Notes: generated from the sequence alone by a model not told the origin. Shown: positions 1 through 10,068, counted from the first letter of the stretch. The stretch: 64,000 bases of DNA from Gammaproteobacteria bacterium (GCA_965248145.1 OZ252091.1:3425291-3489290); one strand, 5' to 3'. Numbers and translations: made by a program.

Positions 1-20
1 TTGAAATCTGTCCCCGGCCG

Positions 21-101
21 ATATTTGGGGTCAGTGTAAAAACTTTGTGAGTTTTTACACTGACCCCAAATATGCAAAGTTTTTACACTGACCCCAAATA
101 T
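21..101. repeat. REP/REPIN-like palindromic element copy 1 (variant arms, three arms)
   Basis: ATATTTGGGGTCAGTGTAAAAAC ... GTTTTTACACTGACCCCAAATAT plus a second right arm at ~74-101. Confidence 0.9.
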
Positions 102-138
102 GGATTCCTGCTTACGCAAATGGCGATAAGAATGTCTC

Positions 139-576
139 TCAGGTGGTCTTACCCAGTGTAGCCCGCCCGGGTCCTCTGGACCCTTCCGGTTCGTCGGCAC
201 ACTGAAAATTCAGTTCAATGATGACACCATCGGGGTCATTTACAAACAGCTGCCAGATACCGAAATCCCGTATATCGTTTTCCTTGTAGCTGATCCCTGA
301 GATCTCAAATTTCTCGCGCATCGCATCAAAACCCTGCGCCTTAATCGCCAGATGGTCAACGGCACCACTTCCGCGGGAAATCTCACCATCCGGGCCAAGA
401 GCCGCGTAACCGGCCATCAAGTGAAACATGGTCTCCCCCATCTGTAACCAGGCACCGGGGAAATCAAAATCCGGCCGGCCCACTTTTTCCATGCCGAGCA
501 CTTCCGTGTAGAAATGTTCACTGGCTGTAAGATCCTTTGTTTTCAACGCAACATGATGCAAATCAGATAATGGCAT
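139..576 (-). CDS. VOC/glyoxalase family protein
   Basis: LHHVAL...FY..VLG, DHLA, and FVNDPDGVIIELN motifs. Confidence 0.85.
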   Translation of the reverse strand: MPLSDLHHVALKTKDLTASEHFYTEVLGMEKVGRPDFDFPGAWLQMGETMFHLMAGYAALGPDGEISRGSGAVDHLAIKAQGFDAMREKFEISGISYKENDIRDFGIWQLFVNDPDGVIIELNFQCADEPEGSRGPGRATLGKTT

Positions 577-599
577 GTGTCTCCTCCTATTTCAGGTTC

Positions 600-1949
600 T
601 CAATCCGTCAGCCCAACCTCTTCCCGGGTACGGGTACAGGAATCGATAACGGTATAGATCGCCTCCTTGATGGAGTTCTCCAAATCGGGTATGCAGGAAA
701 CACCCATGCCACCCAGACCTTCGGTAAACTCTGCCGGCATATCCTTCTCGCCCAGCCAGGTATAGCCGATACGCACCAGGGGAAAACCGGTCCGGTTAAT
801 GGTGGCGGCATCGGTTTGTCCCGCCATATGTGGGGCGCCTTCGTAGGGCTTGCCATGCACTTCTCTCCAGCCGCGCAAAGCGGACTGTACCACCCAGTGC
901 TCCGGGTCGGTTGCCGACGCGTCGCAGGTCACGATAGTCTCCCATTCCGCCTCCACGTCCTCGTGTCCGGCCTGGATGGCTTTCATAACCTGGTCGAATT
1001 CCCGCTCAACCTGGGCTGCCTTCTGCAAGGGACTGGTACGCACGTCAAGCCAGATTTCAGTTGCCGCGCCGGGAAACGCCGGTTTGTCCGGCCAGCCGCA
1101 GCGTAACGCGGAGATCCAGCCCTGCGGTTTCACCTGGTCGCTGGTATGTTTGTCCGGATACTCTATCAGCCATTCCTCCAGGTCCAGGATGACTTTAGCC
1201 GCGGGGATGATTGAACTGCGAAAGCCCGGCACCCCGCGGGGAATGCCGGCGTACCCCATGGTACCCCAGACGGTGACCTTGAACCAGACCATCCCCGGAT
1301 GCTCATAATAGATGTCATCCCAGGGCTTGCAGATCACGCCAAAATCCGCGGTTACGCCATGGGAAAGCAGGTGGTTCACGCCGTTGCTGATGCCCGCATG
1401 ATTGCGTTCAGGGACGATCCAGGGCATACCTCCGCCTGCCGTGGCGATGACCACGTCGCCTTTCAACTCCACCTCCGCTTCCACCACACAGGTCAATGCC
1501 TCGGTCAGCAGGGCAATCATGGACTTCGGGTTGGAGGCGCCCAGACCGATCACCAGGTCGCCGTCAATATAAGGCTCCGGCCGCATATCGGCCCGATGCA
1601 CCGGGCCGGCGTGAGGGATGTCTTTTTCCGGGTCCCCTTCCAGCAAGGTGTCAATAGGCGCATAAAGCATCAGTGTGGGGCCGTCACCTGACCCCTTTAC
1701 CCGACCGTAGCAGTTACCTGAAATATCAGTGACCGGTTGATAATGGGCCTTGATTCCGACGCTGTTCAGGTAGTCAGCCATGAATTCACAAGCCTCCCGC
1801 TCGGCGCCGGTAGGACTGTGTTTGGCGGTCAGGTCAAAGATCAGTTGCTTCAGACGGTCCGGGTCAATTTTATTGCAGGCCGCCTCATACCACTGCCTCT
1901 GCGCCTGGCTCAATGGAACGTCTTTGGTCGTTAATGGTGTCATCTCCAT
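600..1949 (-). CDS. M20/ArgE-like deacylase homolog with atypical metal ligands
   Basis: SPTGAE, G.GDGPTLML, GLGA..PK and LDVRT match M20 architecture; canonical HxD and EE are replaced. Confidence 0.75.
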   Translation of the reverse strand: MEMTPLTTKDVPLSQAQRQWYEAACNKIDPDRLKQLIFDLTAKHSPTGAEREACEFMADYLNSVGIKAHYQPVTDISGNCYGRVKGSGDGPTLMLYAPIDTLLEGDPEKDIPHAGPVHRADMRPEPYIDGDLVIGLGASNPKSMIALLTEALTCVVEAEVELKGDVVIATAGGGMPWIVPERNHAGISNGVNHLLSHGVTADFGVICKPWDDIYYEHPGMVWFKVTVWGTMGYAGIPRGVPGFRSSIIPAAKVILDLEEWLIEYPDKHTSDQVKPQGWISALRCGWPDKPAFPGAATEIWLDVRTSPLQKAAQVEREFDQVMKAIQAGHEDVEAEWETIVTCDASATDPEHWVVQSALRGWREVHGKPYEGAPHMAGQTDAATINRTGFPLVRIGYTWLGEKDMPAEFTEGLGGMGVSCIPDLENSIKEAIYTVIDSCTRTREEVGLTD

Positions 1950-1955
1950 TCTCCG

Positions 1956-3293
1956 TTATGGTAGTTCAATATCATAATCTGTTAAATTCTGCAGGTATGC
2001 GGAATATGCAAATAATTGTGTGTCTTCCCGTTTGTTGCAGGCCAGTTGTATGCCGATAGGTAATCCGCGCCTGCCTCTTGTCAGCGGCATATTCATACAG
2101 GGGGTCTGTAAAAAAGTCCATATCCGGTTAAACATGGGATCGCCTGTATTGGTTAAACCCGCCGGGGCTTCACCTGCCGCGCTGGGGGTAATAATCAGGT
2201 CGGCCCGGGCAAATACTTCGGTGAGAAACTGCTCACCTCTGGATATTGCGTCCGTTAACCTTGCATTGAATGATTCGTCCACCCGACGGCCTTCTTCAAC
2301 CAGGTTGCGGGTTTGCGGTTTGACTTTATCCGGATGGTTATCCACGACCGGCCCCAGGGTAGCGCTCGCGCCCCGGGCAAGATAGGCCTGTTGAACCTCC
2401 ATCAGGTCATACAGCAGACTCTCATCAGGTTCTATGACGTTAATGCCCGCTTCATTTAATTGCCGGGCGAAGTTGACTATGCCGTTTTGCGTTGACGCAT
2501 CGGCGCTATCCCAGGCCGGGGTGCGGACTAATGCAACCGAGTCAGGGCGCTTCGCCACCGGCGGCGGCATGTTCTTCCCCGATAACACGCCATGCAACAG
2601 GGCAATGTCCGCCGGAGAGCGGCTGAATGAACCCAGGGTATCGAGTTCCGACGCCAGGGGATGGACGCCATCGAGCGAATATGCGTTATAGGTCGGCTTG
2701 CAACCGAAGACACCGTTAAAACTCGCCGGGCGGATAATGGAGCCTGAGGTCTGTGTTCCCAGGGCTGCCGGCACATGAAAATCAGCCACTGCCGCGGCCG
2801 AGCCGCTGGACGACCCGCCCGGCGTATGTCCGAGAGCATGGGGATTGGCGGTTTTGCCCGGCGCATAAAAGGCAAATTCCGTGGTGACCGTCTTCCCCAT
2901 GATTACCGCCCCGGCCTGTTTCAGCAGACGGATACACTCCGCCTCCTCAGCGGGATAGTGATCCGTATAAACCTGTGATCCGTAACAGGTGGGCATATCC
3001 ACGGTATTAACGATGTCTTTAATACCGACGGGTATGCCGTGCAGCGGCGTTGCCGCCGTCCGGCTGTCACAGGCCTTTGCCTGCGCCAAAGCCTGTTCAG
3101 GCGTCAGGTAAGCCCAGGCCTTTACCTGATCATCTCTTGTATGAATGCGCTCCAGACAGGCGCTCACCAGGTCAACCGACGTGATCACACCGTCGGCAAT
3201 GCCTTTGGCGGCTTCAACGAGATTCAAATGATTTAAAGCTGATGTCATATCATTCCGGTTGGCTTCGGGAAAATTTCCTATTTCATCCACCAC
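1956..3293 (-). CDS. Amidase signature family protein
   Basis: PLHGIPVGIKD, TPGGSSSGSAAAVA, GTQTSGSIIRPAS; true start may be the internal Met near 3248. Confidence 0.92.
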   Translation of the reverse strand: MVDEIGNFPEANRNDMTSALNHLNLVEAAKGIADGVITSVDLVSACLERIHTRDDQVKAWAYLTPEQALAQAKACDSRTAATPLHGIPVGIKDIVNTVDMPTCYGSQVYTDHYPAEEAECIRLLKQAGAVIMGKTVTTEFAFYAPGKTANPHALGHTPGGSSSGSAAAVADFHVPAALGTQTSGSIIRPASFNGVFGCKPTYNAYSLDGVHPLASELDTLGSFSRSPADIALLHGVLSGKNMPPPVAKRPDSVALVRTPAWDSADASTQNGIVNFARQLNEAGINVIEPDESLLYDLMEVQQAYLARGASATLGPVVDNHPDKVKPQTRNLVEEGRRVDESFNARLTDAISRGEQFLTEVFARADLIITPSAAGEAPAGLTNTGDPMFNRIWTFLQTPCMNMPLTRGRRGLPIGIQLACNKREDTQLFAYSAYLQNLTDYDIELP

Positions 3294-3359
3294 ATTATTG
3301 GCCTATAATCCCGTGATCGGAATATCATCTTAAACTCATAAATTTCAAAGGAGCCTACC

Positions 3360-3848
3360 ATGAGAATATTCAGCATTATTTTATCAGCAGTAATAATATT
3401 GATTGTATCAGGTTGTACAAGCGAACAACCATCCTCACCACTCGAGGTCAGCAAATCCATGTCGATCAATGCCGATCTTGACAGTGTCTGGGGCTATGCG
3501 GGAGATTTTTGTGCTATCGCAACCTGGCATCCCGCTGTCGAAACCTGCGAAATAACTGAAGAGGACGGTACCACGTACCGGATTCTCACTCTGGGAGATG
3601 GTGCGCAACTGAAGGAAAGTCATAACGGCGATACGGCTAGCGGGTATTCCTATTCAATCATCGAAGGACCGCTGCCGGTCAAGGATTACAATTCGACTTT
3701 TCAAGCCGAAGGAGATGCTGAGAGTACAACGATTACCTGGACAGGGACATTCCTTGCCGAGGACGCAACAGATGATGAGGCCATGGAAGTCATCAACGGT
3801 ATCTACGACGGCGGCCTTGCCTCTATAGCAGATAATTTTAACCAGTAA
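3360..3848 (+). CDS. SRPBCC/MxaD-like lipoprotein
   Basis: Lipobox-like VSGC after a signal peptide; DF..IATWHPAV and YSYSIIEGPLPV..Y. Confidence 0.75.
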   Translation: MRIFSIILSAVIILIVSGCTSEQPSSPLEVSKSMSINADLDSVWGYAGDFCAIATWHPAVETCEITEEDGTTYRILTLGDGAQLKESHNGDTASGYSYSIIEGPLPVKDYNSTFQAEGDAESTTITWTGTFLAEDATDDEAMEVINGIYDGGLASIADNFNQ

Positions 3849-3944
3849 GGTTAGAAAATCCCGAAGCAATTCCCGGAATCGAGGGCGAATCGTCCTCGGT
3901 CCGGGGTATTACGGAAACCACCGAACCAGGTGCGGTTCCAGTCT

Positions 3945-4286
3945 TTAGCGATCGATTATTTCCCCATGGGCGGCCACAAAGCGGTGGGCGGCAAAACTGT
4001 TCGGGATTTTATTGCTGCAATCATACAATTCGTTGTGGGGCGCGGCTTCGGCAAAGGCCAGCGCCAGGTGATAAAGCGGTAATACAGACTCCGGCAGCTT
4101 ACCCGGTTTGAACTGGCCGAGGTAATCCAGTACTTCGTCCAATAATGGCAGCATAGCCTCATAAAATCGCCGGTAGTCATCCGGCCCGGCTGCCCAGCGT
4201 TGCCGCGAACGCTGCAATTCAGTGGGCAAGGCCCAGGTCTCGGCAAATGATTCTAAGTCAGAGAATTGTCCCGGTAACGCGGCCAT
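3945..4286 (-). CDS. Small hypothetical protein, Rieske-oxygenase-associated (paralog of 7292-7636)
   Basis: LP..F..LE..A..WALPT and FY.A.LP.L motifs shared with the paralog; directly downstream of a Rieske gene. Confidence 0.75.
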   Translation of the reverse strand: MAALPGQFSDLESFAETWALPTELQRSRQRWAAGPDDYRRFYEAMLPLLDEVLDYLGQFKPGKLPESVLPLYHLALAFAEAAPHNELYDCSNKIPNSFAAHRFVAAHGEIIDR

Positions 4287-4291
4287 AATAA

Positions 4292-5526
4292 TTAAACGCC
4301 CATATAATCATGCCAGTGTTTGTGGGTGTTCCTGATCATCAGTTCTTCATCCATCAGCACCATTTCTTCCAGTATGCCGGAAGACAAGGCATGGTAGGTG
4401 TCTTCCATGGTCGAGGTATCTTCCAGCCAGGCATTGCGATGCAGGGCATTGATATGGGCAATCGCAACCCGTTCACTGACAGTCTCCGGCGGCCTGAAAT
4501 AGTTCGTGCCCTCCCACAGGGTTTTATCAACCGCGATGGGCCAGAATTGGTGATGAAAATAAGCCATTCCCGGATAGCCGTTCCCGGCGCCCAGGTGGAG
4601 CAAAAAATTGGGGAAGAATACGGGAAATTCAAACTGGAAGTCTTCCCGTTTATCCTGGTTTATATGTTCCGGCAACACTTCCAGATGGGGCCGGTGCCGG
4701 CCTGACGTTATCAGCCGCCCCCCCAGGTTTGCCGTTACCGGAGTCGGTTCCAACCCGGGGACCGGGGGCACATATATACCGGACGTACTGTGGGGGCCGA
4801 AACACCTGAGCTCCGTATGTTCCAGCCTGGCCAGGCTGGGCAACGTGCCCGCGTGGATGGTCGGAACATGATAAGCCTCTGAAAAAGCATACAGGGCTAC
4901 CTTCCAGTTACAATTCAGTACGGTCGAGTAACGCAATCGATACGTCGCTTCGTGATAAGGATAACCGGCGAAATGCCCCGCCATGCCGTCAAGATAATCA
5001 ACCAGGCTCTGGCGCGGCTGTTCCGCAAGATTGATGAAGATGAACCCTTCCCACTCGTCGCAGTGTATCCGCTTCAGTCCCAGGCAGGATTTATCCAGGT
5101 CGGCAAAACTCTCCCGGCGGGCAACCCCGCGCAACGTACCATCGGTATTGAAGGTCCAGGCGTGAAAGCGGCAGGTGAATGAATGCGTATCCGCATGCCC
5201 CAGTGACTGCGCGTCCTGTTCCGGGATGAGTTTGTTGCCGCGATGGGTGCAGATATTGTGGAATGCATGCACCCGGCCGTTTTTGTCCCGGACGATTATC
5301 ACGGAGGTATTGGCCACGTCCAGACGGCGCAACTTGTAGTCACCGGGCTCCGCCAGCTCTTCGGCCCTGGCGACGCATAACCAGACCTGTTTGAAGATGC
5401 GTTCCCGCTCCAGCTCGAATAACTCCGGATCAATCAGCGGCCTGACATCGACCGGCCCGTACCCAGTTCAGGATACCGGGTGGTAAACGGCATCGCCTGT
5501 TTTACTTGATCAGCCACCGACGCCAT
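4292..5526 (-). pseudogene. Rieske ring-hydroxylating oxygenase alpha subunit with a single-base frameshift near codon 24 (real or sequencing error)
   Basis: CTHRGN...CRFH Rieske motif and EAYHVPTIH iron site; N-terminus MASVAD...ELGTG continues as PVDVRPLIDPE in another frame at ~5457. Confidence 0.8.
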
Positions 5527-5531
5527 GACGT

Positions 5532-6659
5532 TTATTCCGTAAAAATGTCCAGGGGCAGGAAGGCGGAGACGACAAAATTGGGAACGTCCACCATTTCGGA
5601 TATCCTTAAATCCACAGCGACACTGCAAATGGCATAAGCCTGTTGCTCGGTATAGCCCCGTTCACTGACCAGGTATTCAATCATATTCAGCAAGGCATTA
5701 CGCGCCGCCAGGGTGGTGTCCTCTGCTTCCGCCACCCCGTCTTTCCGGCAGGATTGGCCGGTTGTCGCAAAAAATCGCTGCGGGACGGCCATCTCCGGCG
5801 AGGTAAAGTAATCATCGCGATAGAACTGCATATCTGTTATGTTGCGTTTTGCCGCTTCTCCTTTCAACAGCGCAAACGAACCATAAAAAGTCGCGCTCAT
5901 TTCCACCGCGGTACCGCAGCTTTCATTGTCCCCCTGGGCGAAATGGGAGTCGCCCACTGAGAACAAGGCCCCCGGTGTATAAACGGGAAAGCGCACCGTG
6001 GTGCCCGCGGTCAATTGTTTGATATCCACGTTGCCGCCGGTTTCATGGGGGGCAATGGTACGCATTGCTTTGGCGGCGATACCCGGTTCCCGAGGAACGG
6101 CATCAGCCGTATCGGGCAGCAAGACCATACCCCCGCGGGCCTGCAATTCGGCTTCCCGCTTGTTGGTCTCCTCCAGCAACTCATGGGACGGCGACGTGCC
6201 CATTACACCCATGAAGGGGGCGCCCGGGATCTTCACGCCGGGCAAGTCCACAGAAACGGCGAAACCACCGGCGATATCCCAGTGGATGATATACGGTTCC
6301 GTAAACAGGTCGCGCAGGAAGCCAAACCCCGGTATCTGTACGGTAAAGCCAAACGGTTCCGGCGCCACTTCATGGATTTTGACTTCCAGAATATCACCGG
6401 GCTCCGCGCCGTTAACGTAAACTGGGCCGGTCAGGGGATGCACCAGGTTCAGGTTGGCGGCGGCCACCTCTTGCGCGGTGGTTGCGGGGTTTAATTGTCC
6501 GTCGAAGGCATCCCGCGTTTCCATGCCGATGATTTGACCCGGATCGACCTCTGCGGCCGGTTTGATATCCGGGTGCCAGCGATTGTGTCCCGTTTCGGGT
6601 TCATCACCCAGTTGTCGGGATCGATCAATACGGATGTATTCGTCAGCTTTAACGGCCAT
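5532..6659 (-). CDS. Acetamidase/formamidase family protein
   Basis: HNRWHPDI, HPLTGPVYV, GGNVD, GDSHFAQGD.E.CG. Confidence 0.92.
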   Translation of the reverse strand: MAVKADEYIRIDRSRQLGDEPETGHNRWHPDIKPAAEVDPGQIIGMETRDAFDGQLNPATTAQEVAAANLNLVHPLTGPVYVNGAEPGDILEVKIHEVAPEPFGFTVQIPGFGFLRDLFTEPYIIHWDIAGGFAVSVDLPGVKIPGAPFMGVMGTSPSHELLEETNKREAELQARGGMVLLPDTADAVPREPGIAAKAMRTIAPHETGGNVDIKQLTAGTTVRFPVYTPGALFSVGDSHFAQGDNESCGTAVEMSATFYGSFALLKGEAAKRNITDMQFYRDDYFTSPEMAVPQRFFATTGQSCRKDGVAEAEDTTLAARNALLNMIEYLVSERGYTEQQAYAICSVAVDLRISEMVDVPNFVVSAFLPLDIFTE

Positions 6660-6683
6660 GGGAGAACCTCCTTTAAAATTAGT

Positions 6684-7160
6684 TCAAGGTGCTATTTCGC
6701 TGGGTACGTCCTGATAAGGAACGACTTTTTTCACTTCCAGCACCAGGTGTTTGATCTTCCATCCGTCGGCGGCCCGGATGAAGTCGCATTCGTAGGTGGC
6801 GGCCAACCAGTTGCTTTCTTCCTTGTCCGCGTCCCCGCGCATGGTTGTCAACTCCCATAACCACCAGAAGGCATGGGCCGAGTTGAGGTCGTCCGCAATA
6901 TCGATAATGGGAGAAACCGGGAAGTGCAACGACCAGATGATCAGCTCCTGTCCGATTTTCGACAACTCTTCGGCAATGACGTCCCTGCCGGCAAATTTTC
7001 CAAATCCTTTTGCTTCCCAGATCGCGTCTTCCGCCAACAGTTGGCTCATTTGCCCGGGGTTGTTTTGATCATCTCCTGCCCTTGCGTACCTGGCTATGAC
7101 GCTTCTGATGTTTTCGGTCGCCGTCAGCCAGGCGACCTGTTTTTCAAGATCGGTAAGCAT
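6684..7160 (-). CDS. NTF2/SnoaL-like protein
   Basis: I..VIARYAR..D near the N-terminus and Y...F.R..DGWKI near the C-terminus. Confidence 0.8.
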   Translation of the reverse strand: MLTDLEKQVAWLTATENIRSVIARYARAGDDQNNPGQMSQLLAEDAIWEAKGFGKFAGRDVIAEELSKIGQELIIWSLHFPVSPIIDIADDLNSAHAFWWLWELTTMRGDADKEESNWLAATYECDFIRAADGWKIKHLVLEVKKVVPYQDVPSEIAP

Positions 7161-7291
7161 GTTTACAGTTGTCTCCCGGATTAATAGCCACAGCAGGCAG
7201 AATAAAGTCCCCTATGTCGATGTATACACAGACTGGCCCTGTACTGAAAAAACGCTCCGCATATCACCCTGTGTCATCTGTGTACGATCAA

Positions 7292-7636
7292 TTAATGCCT
7301 GTCATTGCCATGTGCGGCAATAAAACGTTTTTCCTCGAAACTGTGGGGCACGTCCGGGGCGCCGTCATACAATTCGACGTTAGGCGCAATCTCAGCGTGC
7401 ATGAGCGCCAGGTCAAACAGTCTTTCAGACCGTTCCGACAGTTCTCCCAGCGGATACTGGTCGACGTGGTCCAGGATGCGCTCCAGATGGGGCAAAACGG
7501 CATCGTAGAAGGCGATCAACTCCTCCCGGGTTGAAGCAAGCCGTTTATCCCAGCGGGTGTTCTGCGTCGGCAAGGCCCATCCGCTTGCCCAGGTTTCCAG
7601 TTCTGCAAAACCATCAGGTAAAAGTTGCATCATCAT
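7292..7636 (-). CDS. Small hypothetical protein, Rieske-oxygenase-associated (paralog of 3945-4286)
   Basis: LPDGFAELETWASGWALPT and FYDAVLP; ends RFIAAHG versus RFVAAHG in the paralog. Confidence 0.75.
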   Translation of the reverse strand: MMMQLLPDGFAELETWASGWALPTQNTRWDKRLASTREELIAFYDAVLPHLERILDHVDQYPLGELSERSERLFDLALMHAEIAPNVELYDGAPDVPHSFEEKRFIAAHGNDRH

Positions 7637-7642
7637 TACCCT

Positions 7643-8848
7643 TTAATCGCCATTCAAATATTTTTCCAGCACGTGATAACCGTGCCTGACGAGAATCTCT
7701 TCATCATGCAGGTTCATGTGTTTTTTGCTGCCGGAATTCAGTGAAAAGAAAGTCCCTTCCATGGTTGCCGTATCTTCCAGCCAGGCGTTGCGTTGCAGCA
7801 CCATGGCGTGTTCCAGCGCCCATTTCTCACTGTTGGTGGTCGGCTCCATGACGTTATACTTCCCTTCCCACAGACACCGATCATAGCCGATGGGCCAGAA
7901 CTGGTGGGTAAACCAGATGCCTTCCGATACGTGTAACAGCCAGTTTGGAAAGAACACGCTTAATTCAAAAGCATAATCCCCGCGTTTTTCATCGTTCAGG
8001 GTGGGCGGCAGAATCGTTTCCCTGACGTTGTTCACCAATGAACCCCGGGCCTTGGCCTGGGCCAATGAGGCCACCGGCGGGGCATCCTTCGGCGGATTGA
8101 AGCAGACTGCGGTGGTACGATGATCGCCCAGCAATTTGATCATCTGCAAACCGGTTGAAAACGTGCCGGGGAACGAGCCGGCATGGATAGTGTTCACGTG
8201 ATACGCCTCGGCAAAGGCATCCAGCCCCACCTTCCAGTTACAATTGAGGTAAGTGTAATAAGTAAAATTGTAGGTAATTTCGTTGTAGGGAAAACCGGAA
8301 AAATGATTCCCTATTTCCCCCAGGTATTCGTGCAGTCCTGCAGACGGATTCTCGTCCAGGTTGATAAAGATGAAACCTTCCCAGGTGTCGCAGTTGATCG
8401 GCGTCAGACCATTCTCCGATTTGCGAAAACAAGGCGACATACCGGTCTCCTCCTGGGCGCCTATCAGCTCACCTTTGTCGTTATAGGTCCAGGCATGAAA
8501 GCGACAACTGAAGGCCGCCTTCTGCCCGAAGTTGTCCCATTCACCCTCCGGCACGACGACCGTGTTTCCTCTATGGGAGCAGGTATTATGAAACGCGCGT
8601 ATCGCGCCATCCTTGCCGCGGATCAACAACACTGTGGTACTGGCAAAATCCAGCCGTTTGAGCTTGTAGCATCCGGGTTCCGGTAATTCCTCGACCCGGC
8701 CTACGTGCAGCCAGACTTTTTTGAATACTTTCACCACCTCCCGGCGATAGATATCTTCCGAGATACAGGGTTCGGTCGGAACGGGATCTTCACCCAGCCA
8801 GGGATAAGTCTTGGCCCAGCGACGCTCTTCAATTACGGCTGCACACAT
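7643..8848 (-). CDS. Rieske ring-hydroxylating oxygenase alpha subunit
   Basis: CSHRGN...CRFH Rieske motif, NWK and EAYHVNTIH iron site. Confidence 0.92.
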   Translation of the reverse strand: MCAAVIEERRWAKTYPWLGEDPVPTEPCISEDIYRREVVKVFKKVWLHVGRVEELPEPGCYKLKRLDFASTTVLLIRGKDGAIRAFHNTCSHRGNTVVVPEGEWDNFGQKAAFSCRFHAWTYNDKGELIGAQEETGMSPCFRKSENGLTPINCDTWEGFIFINLDENPSAGLHEYLGEIGNHFSGFPYNEITYNFTYYTYLNCNWKVGLDAFAEAYHVNTIHAGSFPGTFSTGLQMIKLLGDHRTTAVCFNPPKDAPPVASLAQAKARGSLVNNVRETILPPTLNDEKRGDYAFELSVFFPNWLLHVSEGIWFTHQFWPIGYDRCLWEGKYNVMEPTTNSEKWALEHAMVLQRNAWLEDTATMEGTFFSLNSGSKKHMNLHDEEILVRHGYHVLEKYLNGD

Positions 8849-8890
8849 ATCAACCTCCTCAACGCACGTTTTCGCCAGTATAGTATAATG

Positions 8891-8980
8891 GTTTTCAGTT
8901 TCTGGTTTTTAGTTTTTAGTGGTTGGTTTCTAACAACTAAATACTGACAACTAAAAACCGACAACTAATAACTAAAAACC
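8891..8980. repeat. Inverted heptamer tandem repeat (GTTTTTA-like then ACTAAAA-like units)
   Basis: Degenerate 7-mer run followed by its reverse complement, between divergent genes. Confidence 0.7.
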
Positions 8981-8983
8981 CTT

Positions 8984-10063
8984 ATGACTGAACCCTTACG
9001 TTTCGGCACTTACGTTGAATTTCAGTGCCCCCCCGGACATGACCACGCCGGATTGATCGAAGACGTCCTGGCCCTCGCCGTGCATTCGGACAAGACCGGT
9101 TTTCATGTATTTACCACACTGGAACACCCGTTCTATGAAAAATTTGCGATCAATCCCAATCCGTTGGCAGTATTCACCCACTTGGCGGAACGTACTGAAA
9201 ACCTGCGGTTTCGCGCCCTTTGCCATACCTTGCCGTTGCACAATCCCATGGTCCTGGCCGGTGAGATCGCGATAGTTGATATATTAACCAAGGGGCGCAT
9301 TGAGTGTGGTGTGGGGCGCGGTCATCCCTGGTTATGCAGCCCGGCTGACGTGCCCATGGAAGAAAGCATGGGGCGCTACATAGAGAGCCTGGAAATCCTG
9401 CAAAAGGCATGGACCGAGGATCCCTTCTCTTATGAAGGCAAGTATTACAACGTGAAAGATGTTTCAGTCGTTCCCAAGCCCGTACAGAAACCCCATCCGA
9501 AAATTTTCCAGGTAGGCACCAGCGCCAAATGGTTTACCCTGGCCGCGCAGAAGGAATGGGGCATCGTGGTCGGCGGTCCGGCGCCCAGCGCCGCTTTCAA
9601 GGACGCCGTAAACATTTACCGGGATGCCTGTATCGAGGCCGGTTCCACCCCCAGCGTGGGTTTCATCAAGGCGATCTACCTGCATGAAGACGAAGCCACC
9701 GCCCACGCGGAAGCCAGGGAGGCCGTAGTGAATTTTGTCCGTTTCAACGTCTCCCCGCAATTGACGATCATGCCGTCAAACGACGCCGAGCGCGAGCGCC
9801 TGATAAATGCCGGTTATAAGTTCTATACCATGGACTTCATGCCGAGCATCGGCAAAATGAGCTATGAGGAATTAATCGAAAATGACATCGTTTACGTAGG
9901 GACACCGGATTCCGTGGGAGCAAAGCTGGAGCAGTTATATGAAGAATTCGGGTTTGATGAGTTGATTATCATCAGTCATTACGGTGGCCTGAAACGGGAA
10001 CAGGCGATGCGGACACAACAGCTTTTCGCCGATCATTTAATGCCCAGATTACAAAAAAGGTAA
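8984..10063 (+). CDS. Luciferase-like (LLM) flavin-dependent oxidoreductase
   Basis: EH, LPLHNP..LAGE, D.LT.GR..CGVGRG, PKPVQKPHP, VGTPD. Confidence 0.9.
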   Translation: MTEPLRFGTYVEFQCPPGHDHAGLIEDVLALAVHSDKTGFHVFTTLEHPFYEKFAINPNPLAVFTHLAERTENLRFRALCHTLPLHNPMVLAGEIAIVDILTKGRIECGVGRGHPWLCSPADVPMEESMGRYIESLEILQKAWTEDPFSYEGKYYNVKDVSVVPKPVQKPHPKIFQVGTSAKWFTLAAQKEWGIVVGGPAPSAAFKDAVNIYRDACIEAGSTPSVGFIKAIYLHEDEATAHAEAREAVVNFVRFNVSPQLTIMPSNDAERERLINAGYKFYTMDFMPSIGKMSYEELIENDIVYVGTPDSVGAKLEQLYEEFGFDELIIISHYGGLKREQAMRTQQLFADHLMPRLQKR

Positions 10064-10068
10064 ATACC

